Below are positions 1 to 10,659 of a DNA stretch of 64,000 nt, piece by piece (position 1 is the stretch's first letter; the number at the start of each line of letters is the position of its first letter). This DNA comes from Terriglobales bacterium. Its GTDB lineage: Bacteria > Acidobacteriota > Terriglobia > Terriglobales > Acidobacteriaceae. A program made the position numbers and the translations under genes. The notes beneath the pieces were generated by a model. That model ran no database searches and was not told the origin of the DNA. It worked only from the letters and a program-made list of their open reading frames with translations. The stretch covers positions 14,813 to 78,812 of the forward strand of contig DATBAT010000258.1 of assembly GCA_036271375.1 (NCBI GenBank). The letters are read 5' to 3'.

Positions 1-1
1 C

Positions 2-238
2 GGCGCAAAGAACTGGAGCGCCTACACCAAGGACGATCTCGAAGATCGCCTGCATGAAATGGTTTGCGCTCGAAAGATTGAGCTTTCGACCGCACAACGT
101 GACATCGCCAGCGACTGGATTGGCGCATACAAGAAATACGTAGAAGCAGATAAACCTCGAGCTGACCAGCCGGGAACCTTCGAGAGAAGCGAGATCCCCG
201 AAATAGCTGGACTCTCATCAATGCCGCCAGCGCAATAG
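2..238 (+). CDS. 3' end of an upstream CDS (hypothetical protein, partial)
   Basis: Frame +2 is open from the window edge to TAG at 236-238 (GAKNWSAYTKDDLEDRLHEMVCARKIELSTAQRDIASDWIGAYKKY...). It is absent from the ORF track because it has no start in the window. No family recognised. Confidence 0.35.
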   Translation, partial: GAKNWSAYTKDDLEDRLHEMVCARKIELSTAQRDIASDWIGAYKKYVEADKPRADQPGTFERSEIPEIAGLSSMPPAQ

Positions 239-682
239 CCGAAAAATTTATTCTGCGTGTGTTGCCTCTGGCTTCGCTTCCTGCCGCACGGCATTTCCTA
301 CACGGCGCGCAGAACTCCCGAGAGCACGAACGGTTTTGCCATAGCTTTTTTCGAGAGCGTTGCTGGTTGAGTCGCCGGCAACCGAGATGGCAGTGATGGT
401 GTTGTCGCCGCTCGTAGCCAGAGCATCAGCGGTTGTATCGCTTATTGATGATCCCTTGAGCGGGATGCCGTCCGGCATTGAACCATGCGATGTCGGTAGG
501 CGGTAAGGTTTCAAGGCGCGCCAGCGCAGTTGCAGGAAAATCACTGGCGTTTCAGGGACCGCTCAAGTTTGTCGCAGATCGAAAGACATTTCCCTTCGCC
601 CGCTGGATTGCCTTTGAGCTTGGCAACGATTCGGGTTAGAAGGCAAAAATAACCACCGCCCAGCGCTTTTTGATGCGCCGGT

Positions 683-2452
683 TCATTTGTTCGCCGGCGC
701 GCCGGCCTTGCTACCTTCTACTATCTTGAGAATTTGATTTGCTGCTACATCCGCCAATCGGTCGATTTGTCCGGAAGGCCAATGAACTTCGATCTGGTCG
801 ATGCGACTTGCTTTGCCCAGCCCGAAATGAATCCTTAAATCGTTCTGCGAGTAGAAGCTCCCGCCGCTGCGGACTTCATCAATTTGATGGCGGTCTCCCG
901 TGGCGCAGTGTATGCGGGCGCCGATAGCACTCCGATTTGATTTCACTCCAACCAATTTGATGGTGATCCAATTATTTCCTGTTCGGGATGTACAGCGAAG
1001 AAGTTGCGGCATGGCGTTGATGGGATTGATCAGGACATCAATAAGACCGTCATTGTTGAAATCTCCGAACGCACAGCCCCGCGAACTCGAAAGATTGGTT
1101 ATAGCGGAACCCGCCAAGGCGGATACATCACGGAATTTCCCATTCCCCAAATTCTCATACAAGACCTTCGGTTGCTTATAGTGCGACAAGCCCTTTAGCG
1201 AGTCGATCTCGGGATAGACGTGTCCATTCACATACAGAATGTCCGCCCAGCCATCATTGTTGAAGTCGAAGAACCCGCACCCCCAACCCAACAAGCGGGA
1301 ATAGGACGCCACGCCTGCAAGCTCGGGACTATCTTCGAACAAACGTTTGCCCTTGTTGTGGTAGAGATTCGGTAGATCGTCCGAGAAGTTGGTTTTAAAA
1401 ATATCCAGTAAGCCATCTCCGTCGTAGTCAGCTGCGGAAACGCCCATGCCGGATTGATTACGGCCTTCGCGGCTGGTTGCAACGCCAGATTCCAGACCCG
1501 CTTCAGTAAAGGTTCCGTCGCCGTTGTTCCAAAACAAGAAGCTCGGGTCACTGTCGTTCGCTACATAGATATCCGGGCGGCCGTCGTTATCAAAGTCTGC
1601 CACCAGCACGCCGAGACCGTAACTTGCCGGCGCCTTGCCGATGCCGCTTTGTTCGGTTACATCGGAAAAAAAACCGTCTCCGTTGTTGTGGAACAGGTAG
1701 CTTTTGGTTCTGGGTAGTCCCTGTGGTCCACAGTTGATGGGAAGTCCCTGAAATACACACGCGCCGGTTCCCGGCAGTGGAGCGGTCTTGAGATCCAAAT
1801 TGATGTAGTTGTTAACGAAAAGATCCAGCCGACCGTCGCCGTCGTAATCGAAGAATGCGCATCCGGACCCCCAATGCGTTCCTTTCGTCAACAAACCCGC
1901 CTTCTCCGTAACATCGGTAAAAGTGCCGTCTCCGTTGTTGTGATAGAGAACATTCTGTCCCCAATAGGTGACGAAGATGTCGTCAAAGCCGTCATTGTCA
2001 TAGTCGCCGATGCAGACGCCCTGCCCCCACCCCATGCGGTTGAGACCGGCCTGCCTGGTCACGTCTTTGAAGGTACCGTCCCGGTTGTTACGTAACAGAC
2101 GGCTGGATGAGACTTGCGACTCGGGTAGGTCCAATCTTGTTCCGTTAACCAGAAACAGGTCAACCCATCCATCGTTATCGAAGTCGATGAAGGCGGCGCC
2201 ACAACCCGTGGTCTCGAGAATATAGCTGTTGTGCGCGACTCCGCCGTAGATTGTGGTTTGGGAAAGCCCCGCACTGGCTGCGACATCTTCAAACGAGACA
2301 GGAAAACCTGACGGAGGCGCAGCGCCCAAGGCAGGAAGTGTAGGTAAAGCGGCGAGACAACCCATCGCCAGAGTTTGGCGCAGGAATGCGCGACGCGTGC
2401 TCGATTTTTCAACGAATACTGATGGTGCCCGGAGAGCCAAATTCATTCTCAA
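683..2452 (-). CDS. Secreted FG-GAP/VCBS-repeat protein with C-terminal ASPIC/UnbV domain (CRTAC1-like)
   Basis: Tat-like signal (RRAFLRQTLAMGCLAALPTLPALGA). Repeated 'FxDxDNDGxxDxxxxN' FG-GAP motifs. C-terminus 'NNWITIKLVGVKSNRSAIGARI...VRSGGSFYSQNDLRIHFGLG...VHWPSG' is typical UnbV_ASPIC. Confidence 0.9.
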   Translation of the reverse strand: MRMNLALRAPSVFVEKSSTRRAFLRQTLAMGCLAALPTLPALGAAPPSGFPVSFEDVAASAGLSQTTIYGGVAHNSYILETTGCGAAFIDFDNDGWVDLFLVNGTRLDLPESQVSSSRLLRNNRDGTFKDVTRQAGLNRMGWGQGVCIGDYDNDGFDDIFVTYWGQNVLYHNNGDGTFTDVTEKAGLLTKGTHWGSGCAFFDYDGDGRLDLFVNNYINLDLKTAPLPGTGACVFQGLPINCGPQGLPRTKSYLFHNNGDGFFSDVTEQSGIGKAPASYGLGVLVADFDNDGRPDIYVANDSDPSFLFWNNGDGTFTEAGLESGVATSREGRNQSGMGVSAADYDGDGLLDIFKTNFSDDLPNLYHNKGKRLFEDSPELAGVASYSRLLGWGCGFFDFNNDGWADILYVNGHVYPEIDSLKGLSHYKQPKVLYENLGNGKFRDVSALAGSAITNLSSSRGCAFGDFNNDGLIDVLINPINAMPQLLRCTSRTGNNWITIKLVGVKSNRSAIGARIHCATGDRHQIDEVRSGGSFYSQNDLRIHFGLGKASRIDQIEVHWPSGQIDRLADVAANQILKIVEGSKAGAPANK

Positions 2453-2586
2453 ATCGTTGAAACCAGATTAGGGCTTACGTGGTTTGCGCGTATCGCTATT
2501 GAGCATCGAACACTGGACGCACGCGCAGAGTATTTGACGGATGATTGGACGGAAGCCGTTCATTCGCCGTTCGACACCTTGCATCC

Positions 2587-4221
2587 CTACTTTGGAGAAT
2601 TGCTGGCGCGGTCCGCAGGCGTGCAGGAACCAAGTTCGCTGGCATGACGAAATTCCTCCTTTGCGCGGTCAGCCTTTCCCGCGTGCGATAAAGCACCGGC
2701 GAGTTGGCACATAACTAAAACTTGCCCAGGCCGAAGAGATGTGGCCGACTCGAATTCACGCACGGCCCCGTCCCAGTCATGCTGTTTCTCCAGGGAAATT
2801 CCATAGTTGAAATGAATTTCAGGATTCGAAGGGCTGGCCTGCACAGCGGCGAGGAAGGCGCGATTCGCTTCGGGCCAGTTCTGTTGTGCGCTTTGCGCTA
2901 TGCCCATGTAGTGATTGGCGTCGGCAAAATCCGGATCTGCTGCCAAAGCAGCATGCAGAGACTCGATCGCAGGCGCCACCTGCCCTTTCTTCAATGAGTC
3001 AATTGCCTTATTGGTTTCCAGCAGAGCTTCGGTGCGATGCGCCACGACGGTGGAGACTTCGCGTGATTGCTTAAATGTCTCGAGCGCCTTCGGTTCGTTC
3101 CCTGCTTTTCGATAAGCGGCAGCCAGCGCGTTAAGGATGTCGGGTCTCTTTGGAGCAAGTTGAGTTGCGGCCTCAAGCTCTTGCGCTCCCTCGACCGGGG
3201 AGGTTTCTGCCAGCAGGCTCCCATACTTTAGCCGGAACTCCGCGTCCCGCGGACTAAGCTTCGAAGCTTTTTCATAGTGAGGCAAAGCTTCCTCTCGCTT
3301 GCCCATTTGCGTCAGAATCTCTCCGTAATAAAATTGGGCTCGGGCGAGGTTGGGAGAAATACGAACTGCAGCGCTGACCTCTTTCAGCGCGTCCGGTAGA
3401 CGGTCCACCCGTTTGAGAGTGAACGCGAGATCGGCATGCGCATCCGCCGAGTTCGGCTGAAGAACAATCGCCCTCCGATAGTTATCGATGGCATCGGGAA
3501 GATTGCCCTTATCGCGCATGCCTTGCGCAAGGTTCAAGATCCCCGGCACGAACTTCGAATCAATGGCTACAGCTTTTTGAAATTCTTCTACCGCCCCCGC
3601 CAGATCACCGTTCTGGTCCAGCGCCACTCCCAGGTTGTTATGGGCTTGCGCCGACGCCGGTTGCAGCGTCATCACGCGATGAAATTCTTCCACCGCGCCT
3701 TGTGTATTACCGATGCTGGAGTTGAGCATTGCAAGTTGAGTGTGGGCCGCCGCCATGTCCGGACGAAGGCGGATGGCTCTTTGCAGCGCTTCAATGGCAT
3801 CGCTCGTTTCCCCGCGCGCCGCGTAAGCATTTCCCAACTCGAATTGCGCCTCAGGAAATTCCGGCCGCAGAGCTATAGCCGACTTCAAGTTCGAAATGGC
3901 GTCTGTATATTGTTCTTCAATGCTGAGTGCCGTGCCCAGGTTATAGAGAGCTTCCGCATACTGCGGATCGATGGCGAGGGCTGCGTGGAATTCCAGAATC
4001 GCTTGCTGCACGGCGCCGGTTCTGCCGAGAGCAAAGCCGTAGTAATTGTGAGCGGGGGCGGAATTAGGGGAGAGTTCAACCGCCTGATGGAGTAAGGCAA
4101 GGGAGCGCTGAACATCTCCCTTCTGCAGCAGCGCAATTCCTTCTTTCAGAGGATCTGAATAGGGCTGCGCGCGAAGGACACAGCCCATCAGAAGGATTAG
4201 CAGGACACCCAACTTCCGCAT
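2587..4221 (-). CDS. Secreted tetratricopeptide (TPR) repeat protein
   Basis: N-terminal signal peptide (MRKLGVLLILLMGCVLRA) followed by more than 10 tandem 34-aa TPR-like units ('A..HNNLG.AL...G....A...F..A...DP'). The start overlaps the stop of the upstream TBDR gene (ATGA at 4219-4223). Confidence 0.85.
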   Translation of the reverse strand: MRKLGVLLILLMGCVLRAQPYSDPLKEGIALLQKGDVQRSLALLHQAVELSPNSAPAHNYYGFALGRTGAVQQAILEFHAALAIDPQYAEALYNLGTALSIEEQYTDAISNLKSAIALRPEFPEAQFELGNAYAARGETSDAIEALQRAIRLRPDMAAAHTQLAMLNSSIGNTQGAVEEFHRVMTLQPASAQAHNNLGVALDQNGDLAGAVEEFQKAVAIDSKFVPGILNLAQGMRDKGNLPDAIDNYRRAIVLQPNSADAHADLAFTLKRVDRLPDALKEVSAAVRISPNLARAQFYYGEILTQMGKREEALPHYEKASKLSPRDAEFRLKYGSLLAETSPVEGAQELEAATQLAPKRPDILNALAAAYRKAGNEPKALETFKQSREVSTVVAHRTEALLETNKAIDSLKKGQVAPAIESLHAALAADPDFADANHYMGIAQSAQQNWPEANRAFLAAVQASPSNPEIHFNYGISLEKQHDWDGAVREFESATSLRPGQVLVMCQLAGALSHAGKADRAKEEFRHASELGSCTPADRASNSPK

Positions 4222-7200
4222 CAGAAACGAAGTGTACCACCCACTTGCATTCGTCTCATGGTGCCGGTTATCCCGAAGATCTGCCCGGCAGTGGACGAAT
4301 CCGCGGTGCCGTTTGGTTGGGAAAGGTTCCTGCGATTGATCGCGTTATACGCTTCCCATTGCAGTTCGAAGGCGACCCGCTCGGTAATGGGGAAAGTCTT
4401 GCTAAGAGACAAGTCCACTCCGACGAAACCTGGCCCTCGGAAGCTATTCCGTCCTGCATCTCCTTGGAGGTATAGACCCGGTTGCGCAAATGCCGTTGGA
4501 TTGAACCAGTGACTTGCACTCTTATTCGAGACACTTGGGTCGCCTGTAATGTCAGCCACCAGGGTGCAGCAATCCGAATTGAGCTGTGATGTGTCGCCCC
4601 AGGTAACGGAATATGGGCGCCCCGATTCCACCGTCTCAATTCCCGAAATATGCCATCCACCGAGAACTGCGTTGGTCACGCCACCTTTGTTGAGGTACGC
4701 CTGGCCCTTACCAAACGGCAACTCCCAAACGTGGCTGAACACCAGTACAAACCTGCGGTCATTGTCCTGCGGACCGCGAGATTCATTGGTGTCGAAAGGA
4801 TCAAAGGCATTGTGCAAGCCGAAGTCGTAGGACCGGCCGTAGGTAAACGCGCTGGTAAACATCAGACCGTGGGAATATCGCTTCTGGACCTGCAACTGCG
4901 CACCTTGATAACCGCTGTTGGTCTGGTTGCTCTGATTGTAGGCATTGGTCAGGAACCCGAAAGGAGCATACGGACGCCTCGCGTCCAAACTGGTGCCCGG
5001 CCCTGGCAACACGGCGTTGGCATCATAACGATAGAACATGTGCCGCACCGCGTTACCGACATAGGATGCGGAAACCGTCAGGTCGTTACCAAACTGGTGT
5101 TGGACCGTCGCGTTCCATTGGTCGATGGAATTTTCCGGATTGTGAAAATTCGTACCGAAACCCGTGGAATTCGGGGTGGGATATTGCCCTGGATTTCCCG
5201 CAGCTTCGAGGATGTCGAAGCCGGACACAAAAGCTGGAGGCCCTCCCGCCAGACTGAGAATGGGTTGGTAAATATCGTCTTGCTTAACATTTTGCCGAGT
5301 GGCATTCGGCCAGTCGTTGGTAATTGCGCCGAAATTCGCTCCATAAAAGCCGATGGCATAGGTGCGTCCAAAGCCCGCGCGAACGACCGTGTTGTCACGG
5401 ACCCGATAGGCAAAGCCCACACGAGGAGCCCATGCGTTGTGATTTTGTTCCACGTCCGCGGTAGCGCTGGTGTCCCCGAAATTGCTGACGATTGTATTCG
5501 TGTTGGTAAAGTTGAAGTTTGCGATCCCGCCCTTCTGGGGCGAGGTCGGATACCCGAGGTAGTCCCAGCGCACGCCCAGATTCAAAGTCAACTTGGGAGT
5601 AACGTGCCACGTGTCCTGGGCAAAAAATGCTTGGTGAGTATTGTGAGCTTCGGGAAGCGCCGTTGCATAAATCACCCGGCCAAAGCTGCTGACATCCCCC
5701 AGCAGGAATGTAGCCATCGATAGACCGGAACCTGCGACCGCAGCGCTTCCGGTTATATTCTGGCTGAAGCCGTTGCTATCGCAAATACCGGCTCCGCAAC
5801 CAAAATCTCCCTGTGAAGAGGTGTCGCGCCGGTCACGCCAGGCCAGCAATGTATCGCTGCCAAACTTGAAACTGTGAGGGCCATGATTCCAGGTAGCGAT
5901 CTCGACGAAATTATAGCTTCCGTAATTGTCGACCTGATGTGAGTGGTCATTGTTGCCGAATGCAAAACCGCCGACCGGCCCTCCGATCTGAAATCCGGCC
6001 AAACCGCCGCAAGCCGAACAAGCATCATTCAGGCCGGGAATTCCGAAGTCCGCAGACGTCGTGGCATTTTGGTCGGGCGCGTCCTGACTCCATTGATTGA
6101 GCGTCCATCCAAACCGGCCCTCGAGCACGAGGTTCGGGGTAAACACATGCGTAATGTTCCCAACAGCGCTGTTTTGATTTCCACGAGAGACCGCGCTTCC
6201 TGGGAAAATCATGACTCCATAAGCCGGGACCACCGAACTCTGGTCTGCCTTTTGACGGGTAAAGCGGCCAAAGACCTGCGTTGCGCTGGTGGCCGTGTAA
6301 TCGATACGAATGGTCCCCAGATTCTGGTTTAAAGGATTTATCTGCGGCGCAATGAAATTGTTATCGGTGCCCGGAAGATTGGGCAACGGCAACTTGGCCA
6401 GCATCGCTTGCACAATAGGATCGAGGCGGTCAGTGGGGACGATGTTGCCGGCAAATTGAGTTCTCCCCACGCCCCCAGGCCCGCCGGTTGTGGGGTCGTA
6501 GATCGGATTGGTGGCGGCGAGGCTGCTGAAGTCGCCGGTTCGGAATGCCGCAATGGGTACGGTGGTCAGCGCATTGCCCCCGGAACGTACCCGATAGCCT
6601 TCGTAGTAGCCAAAGGCAAAAAGCTTGTTCTTGATGATTGGCCCGCCCAGAGTTCCACCGAACTGGTTGTAGACAAAATGTCCGGGGCCATTGGGTTCGG
6701 AAAATGGATTCGCAGCGAACAGCGCATTTACACGATTGAACTCGTGCGCGCTACCGTGAATTTGGTTGGTTCCGGCCTTCGTGGTGAAGAGTTGAACTGC
6801 CCCGGCGACCTGTCCCAACTCCACATCGTAGTTAGAGGTCACCAACTGAAACTCTTGAAGGGCATCTGTAGAGGGGACGATGGCGGCCGCACCGCTCACA
6901 CCTTCCGTGTCATCGACGCCATCGAGCAGTTGCCGATTCATCTGCGAACGGGCCCCGTTCACTTGAAAAGTGTAATTGGCGGAACCGGAAGTACTGGGGA
7001 CGCCTTCGTTCCCATTGTCCAGGATCACTCCAGCCTGGATTCCAGCTAGACGCGTTGGATTGCGTCCCTCGGAGGGCAATGACTGGAGAGCCTTTTGATC
7101 AATCGTGCTCCCGAGTTCGACCTTCTCCGTTTGAATCTGGGCGGCCTCTCCTGTCACCGTAACTTTTTCGTTAACGTTTCCCACTTGAAGCTGGACGTCA

Positions 7201-7526
7201 AGGCGAACCACCGCACCGATGGCGACTTGAACTTCCGAATGGGAGGCACCCTTGAATCCCGGGGCGTCAACATCTACTCGGTAGGCCCCGACAATGAGGT
7301 TGGAGACAGTGAAATAACCAGAGCCGTTGCTCTTGCCTATCGACTCCACGCCAGTCTGAACATTCACAACCTTAATGGCAGCGCCGGCGACTGCAGCGCC
7401 GCTGGGGTCAGTGACCTGACCGGTGATTGATCCCGAGACCGATTGTCCTCGCGCTACCGGAGCACACCACGAGGCAAGTATCAGCAAACCAGCCAGAAAC
7501 TGAAATCGAACAGAGAACAACTTCAT
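4221..7526 (-). CDS. TonB-dependent outer-membrane receptor with N-terminal carboxypeptidase-regulatory-like domain
   Basis: 1101 aa with a signal peptide. CarboxypepD_reg-like N-domain ('GSITGQVTDPSGAAVAGAAIKVVNVQTG...GYFTVSNLIVGAYRVDV'). Long beta-strand-rich barrel ending in an aromatic residue ('...QVGGTLRF'). Confidence 0.9.
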   Translation of the reverse strand: MKLFSVRFQFLAGLLILASWCAPVARGQSVSGSITGQVTDPSGAAVAGAAIKVVNVQTGVESIGKSNGSGYFTVSNLIVGAYRVDVDAPGFKGASHSEVQVAIGAVVRLDVQLQVGNVNEKVTVTGEAAQIQTEKVELGSTIDQKALQSLPSEGRNPTRLAGIQAGVILDNGNEGVPSTSGSANYTFQVNGARSQMNRQLLDGVDDTEGVSGAAAIVPSTDALQEFQLVTSNYDVELGQVAGAVQLFTTKAGTNQIHGSAHEFNRVNALFAANPFSEPNGPGHFVYNQFGGTLGGPIIKNKLFAFGYYEGYRVRSGGNALTTVPIAAFRTGDFSSLAATNPIYDPTTGGPGGVGRTQFAGNIVPTDRLDPIVQAMLAKLPLPNLPGTDNNFIAPQINPLNQNLGTIRIDYTATSATQVFGRFTRQKADQSSVVPAYGVMIFPGSAVSRGNQNSAVGNITHVFTPNLVLEGRFGWTLNQWSQDAPDQNATTSADFGIPGLNDACSACGGLAGFQIGGPVGGFAFGNNDHSHQVDNYGSYNFVEIATWNHGPHSFKFGSDTLLAWRDRRDTSSQGDFGCGAGICDSNGFSQNITGSAAVAGSGLSMATFLLGDVSSFGRVIYATALPEAHNTHQAFFAQDTWHVTPKLTLNLGVRWDYLGYPTSPQKGGIANFNFTNTNTIVSNFGDTSATADVEQNHNAWAPRVGFAYRVRDNTVVRAGFGRTYAIGFYGANFGAITNDWPNATRQNVKQDDIYQPILSLAGGPPAFVSGFDILEAAGNPGQYPTPNSTGFGTNFHNPENSIDQWNATVQHQFGNDLTVSASYVGNAVRHMFYRYDANAVLPGPGTSLDARRPYAPFGFLTNAYNQSNQTNSGYQGAQLQVQKRYSHGLMFTSAFTYGRSYDFGLHNAFDPFDTNESRGPQDNDRRFVLVFSHVWELPFGKGQAYLNKGGVTNAVLGGWHISGIETVESGRPYSVTWGDTSQLNSDCCTLVADITGDPSVSNKSASHWFNPTAFAQPGLYLQGDAGRNSFRGPGFVGVDLSLSKTFPITERVAFELQWEAYNAINRRNLSQPNGTADSSTAGQIFGITGTMRRMQVGGTLRF

Positions 7527-7775
7527 TTAAGTTCCTCCCTAGGGGACGCAGTAACATCAGGCTGCGAGGGATTCTCATCGTTTCTTGTTGTCTTTATTGT
7601 CAACAATCGTGCTGACATTCGCAGCCCGGCGTGAACGGTAATTCAGGTCACATGTTGGTGTCAAGACAAATGTAGTTGCTCTGGACCAGAGCTAAGGCGT
7701 CTTGGACTACCCGAAGAGTTTTCGGACGATGGTGGCCGATACGGAAAATCTTGGAGGCTAAAGTCAACAGGTATG

Positions 7776-7804
7776 TTGACAACAGAAAAAGCGTTCCTAT
7801 ATCT
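7776..7804 (+). promoter_or_regulatory. Candidate sigma-70-type promoter (TTGACA-N17-ATATCT) facing the GH43-like gene
   Basis: TTGACA at 7776-7781 and ATATCT at 7799-7804 in the divergent intergenic region. Only a consensus-like match. Confidence 0.25.
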
Positions 7805-8011
7805 TGGCCGCCGGATCAACTCCGCAAGTTGAATCTCTTTGAGTTCGAGCACGAGCTGGAACTTGATCCCAGAAACCTTTTTGAGAAGGCCTGCTCGCAG
7901 GATCGGACTGCTACTAGGTTGCGGTAATTAGTTGACCGCGATGACGGTAGTCGAAAAGCCACAACAGAACTGCCTGCTTCATCATCCAATTTGGAATCTG
8001 GAGAACTTCGA

Positions 8012-9139
8012 ATGCATCGAAGGCGCTTTATGAAACTTTCGGGGGCAGCGGCATGTGGGGCGTGGCTGGGTACGTCCTCCGCGCCAGCGATGCCTTCAGC
8101 AATAGGCGCTGATCCAACCGACTGCCGATATGCCCCGCCCGGCGAATACATAAAAGATCACACGCTGGTGCGCCGTGACGGCTGGTGGCGTTTGTATTCC
8201 ATCAGTGGAGTCTCTGGCCTCGCCTGGCTTTATTCCGGAAATGAAGAGTCGCTTTCCTGGAGTATCAGCCGGGACCTTAAATCCTGGGAGCTTCGCGGAC
8301 ACGTACTGCATCCTTCGGAACGGGAAAATACCTACGACGAGGACATGATCTGGGCGCCATATTGCCTGGCGGCGAACCACCGTTACTACATGTATTACGC
8401 AGGGTGCGTTCGGGGGAGACGCCCTTTGCAGTATGACAGGCGGGGTACGTTCGGCAAATTGCTGGATGCCCCTAATGACGCTTGTTCCATCGGCCTTGCA
8501 GTTTCGGACGATCTCACCCGCTGGACAAAAGTTTCTGATCCAGTAAAGGGCCTGGGCGTACCCGGCCGCGATCCGAACGTCGTGCGCGATGAGAAGAACC
8601 GAAGGTGGCTGATGTACACCACCGGAGCTGAGGTCGACGGCCTCGCTGGAGCCTACGTTTCCGAATCTCAGGACTTACTGAATTGGAAAGTGTTGCGGCC
8701 ATGCGCAAAATTTCCCCGAGTCCCCAAAAAACGGCAGGGAGGATATACGGTGGACTGCCTCAGTGAATTTGGCAGTGACACCTCAGAAAGCTTGACGGTC
8801 ATGCAACACCCGAATACCAATCAGTGGATCATGATGGGCAATTGGCACTACATACTTTCCGACGATCCCACTGATTTTCTGAAAAATGACGCCCAACTTT
8901 ACAACCTGGAGTTTCATGGAAAGACGCTGGACATAGGGTTTGCCGGCGAAATCATTGAGTCCGATGGGAAATGGTACCGCTCCGGCGTTATGGGTCCGGT
9001 GGATCGGTGGAGACTTGCCTTTACCGAGATTGAATGGGTTCCAAAGGGGTTGTTTCGCATCGTTAAGCCCAGCGCTCTCTCAGGCTTTTGGGGAGCTCAC
9101 AAAGCCGGAACTTGTAGCAGTTCGCCGCCGTCTTCCTAA
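8012..9139 (+). CDS. Tat-signal beta-propeller glycoside-hydrolase-like protein (GH43-like)
   Basis: 'MHRRRFMKLSGAAACGAWLGTSSAPA' twin-arginine signal with GGAG 8 nt upstream of ATG 8012 (the ORF track starts at TTG 7991). Motifs 'MIWAPYCLAANHRYYMYYAG' and 'GRDPNVVRDEKNRRWLMYTTG' resemble 5-bladed propeller GH43/32-clan enzymes. Confidence 0.6.
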   Translation: MHRRRFMKLSGAAACGAWLGTSSAPAMPSAIGADPTDCRYAPPGEYIKDHTLVRRDGWWRLYSISGVSGLAWLYSGNEESLSWSISRDLKSWELRGHVLHPSERENTYDEDMIWAPYCLAANHRYYMYYAGCVRGRRPLQYDRRGTFGKLLDAPNDACSIGLAVSDDLTRWTKVSDPVKGLGVPGRDPNVVRDEKNRRWLMYTTGAEVDGLAGAYVSESQDLLNWKVLRPCAKFPRVPKKRQGGYTVDCLSEFGSDTSESLTVMQHPNTNQWIMMGNWHYILSDDPTDFLKNDAQLYNLEFHGKTLDIGFAGEIIESDGKWYRSGVMGPVDRWRLAFTEIEWVPKGLFRIVKPSALSGFWGAHKAGTCSSSPPSS

Positions 9140-9329
9140 GCCTTCGCGAAAATTCGGGCAGATTCTGGCGAGGATGCTGCGGGATACGGTGATGGGGATT
9201 TCAATCTTGGGAGGCGCTTGCTCGCTATAAGGTAAAACTGCGCGCGATTGTTTCCGGGGTGCTGACTACAGAATTGTCGAACGCGATGGTCTTTAGCAGG
9301 TTGACTCAATTCGGACGAACAAACAAACT

Positions 9330-10232
9330 ATGATCTTGAACCCGATTTGCGCAGCTCCAACTGGAGACAGGGTCGGAGAAGGAGCCGTGTGGCATACGGC
9401 ACACTCCGCCGTGTATTGGACGGACATCAGTCGTTTCTTAATCCATCGTTTCACACCCAATGACCGATGTGTACGTAGCTGGTTTTTCAACGAGCCAGTA
9501 ACCGCGATGGTGCTCACCGATCGTGAAGATGTTCTTGCCGTGGTTTTGGGATCCAGCGTGATCCTGTGGGAGCCCGCAACCGATACGCGGCGGTCCTTCG
9601 GCTTTGAACTCGACGGATGGCCGAAGGTGCGGCTCAATGACGCGCGAGCTGATCCACGAGGTTCTCTTTGGGCGGGTTCGATGGGCAACAATGTGAACCC
9701 AGACGGTTCAAGCGGCGAAGTCGTAGGTCAACAAGGAGTTCTTTATCGAATCGATCCAAATGGGCAGGTATCGTCGCACGGTTCCGGCATTGGCGTTTCA
9801 AACACACTTGCCTGGAGCCCTGACAGGAGAACGTTTTATTTCGGCGATTCGCTGGCGAACATCATCTGGTCCTATGATTACGATGCGACGACGGGAGAAA
9901 TTTCCAATCAGAAGCCATTCTTCTCGGACTATTCGCGGGGTCTTCCGGATGGTTCCACTGTGGATGCAGAAGGGTTTCTTTGGAATTGCCGTTTCGGTGG
10001 CTCATGCTTGGTACGGGTCGCTCCAGACGGAAAAATTGATCGCGTCATTGAAATGACGGCGGAAAGTATAACCACCTGCACCTTCGGCGGCCCGGCACTC
10101 ACTACTCTCTACGTCACAACCGCTACTGCTGGAGCTTCCGCCGGCGATCGGCTAGCGGGCAGCCTCTTTGCCCTGGAAACGGGAATCAAAGGGCAGGTGG
10201 AGAATTCGTTTAAGGTTTTTGGCGCCAAGTAA
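9330..10232 (+). CDS. SMP-30/gluconolactonase/LRE-like (regucalcin family) protein
   Basis: 'GEGAVWH...VYWTDI', 'RLNDARADPRGSLWAGSM' and 'SNTLAWSPDRRTFYFGDSLANIIWSYDYD...LPDGSTVDAEGFLWNCRFGG' are typical six-bladed SGL lactonase motifs. Confidence 0.85.
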   Translation: MILNPICAAPTGDRVGEGAVWHTAHSAVYWTDISRFLIHRFTPNDRCVRSWFFNEPVTAMVLTDREDVLAVVLGSSVILWEPATDTRRSFGFELDGWPKVRLNDARADPRGSLWAGSMGNNVNPDGSSGEVVGQQGVLYRIDPNGQVSSHGSGIGVSNTLAWSPDRRTFYFGDSLANIIWSYDYDATTGEISNQKPFFSDYSRGLPDGSTVDAEGFLWNCRFGGSCLVRVAPDGKIDRVIEMTAESITTCTFGGPALTTLYVTTATAGASAGDRLAGSLFALETGIKGQVENSFKVFGAK

Positions 10233-10659
10233 CCAGTTCGACAAACTCGTGGCCTCCTCCTGAAGCCCGCACTTCAAGACGAGGCCCACCTATTGTTAGT
10301 GGAGCGTTATTGTGGCGTTGATGTGGCTGAAGACATCCAGGTTTTTGCCTTGTAAGAAGGTGAAGCTTGCAGCGGTTGAGGCATTTTGTGTACCCGAAAA
10401 CATAAAGTACACGGTTTTGCCGTCCGCACTCGTCCAGGCAGGTACGCCTACCGCGCCCTTTTTCCTTCAAATGAAATTTTAGAATTTGCGACCTCGGCGG
10501 CTTTCGGCGCGTTGATAACGAGCAAGATGGCTGTATGTTCGGGGTGGAAAGGTTTTGAAAATTGATTCCACGAGAACGGTAGGTTGGAGTTTCCACTGGT
10601 AATCGATTTCACGAGGCAGGGACTCTGGCTACTCTAGGTTGGAGCAGCCAAGGACAGTC

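Noticed and set aside
22-544. Two minus-strand ORFs (90 and 98 aa) at the window start
   Set aside because: The first overlaps the open plus-strand frame that runs in from the window edge. The second has no recognisable features or ribosome-binding context. There is insufficient support for either.
4650-5723. 357-aa plus-strand ORF
   Set aside because: It is antisense to the TonB-dependent receptor gene, which has a clear domain structure. Shadow ORF.
7597-7781. Repeated TTGTCAACA / TGTTGACAA strings in the TBDR/GH43 divergent region, considered as an operator
   Set aside because: The repeat is essentially the -35 hexamer TTGACA in two orientations. This is adequately explained by divergent sigma-70-type promoters, so no operator is claimed.
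10210-10596. 128-aa minus-strand ORF in the 428-nt gap after the SMP-30 gene
   Set aside because: The composition is not protein-like. A different minus frame (about 10296-10460) reads '...PAWTSADGKTVYFMFSGTQNASTAASFTFLQGKNLDVFSHINATITLH*' and looks like the C-terminal relic of a lost gene, but it has upstream stops and no start, so it is not annotated.
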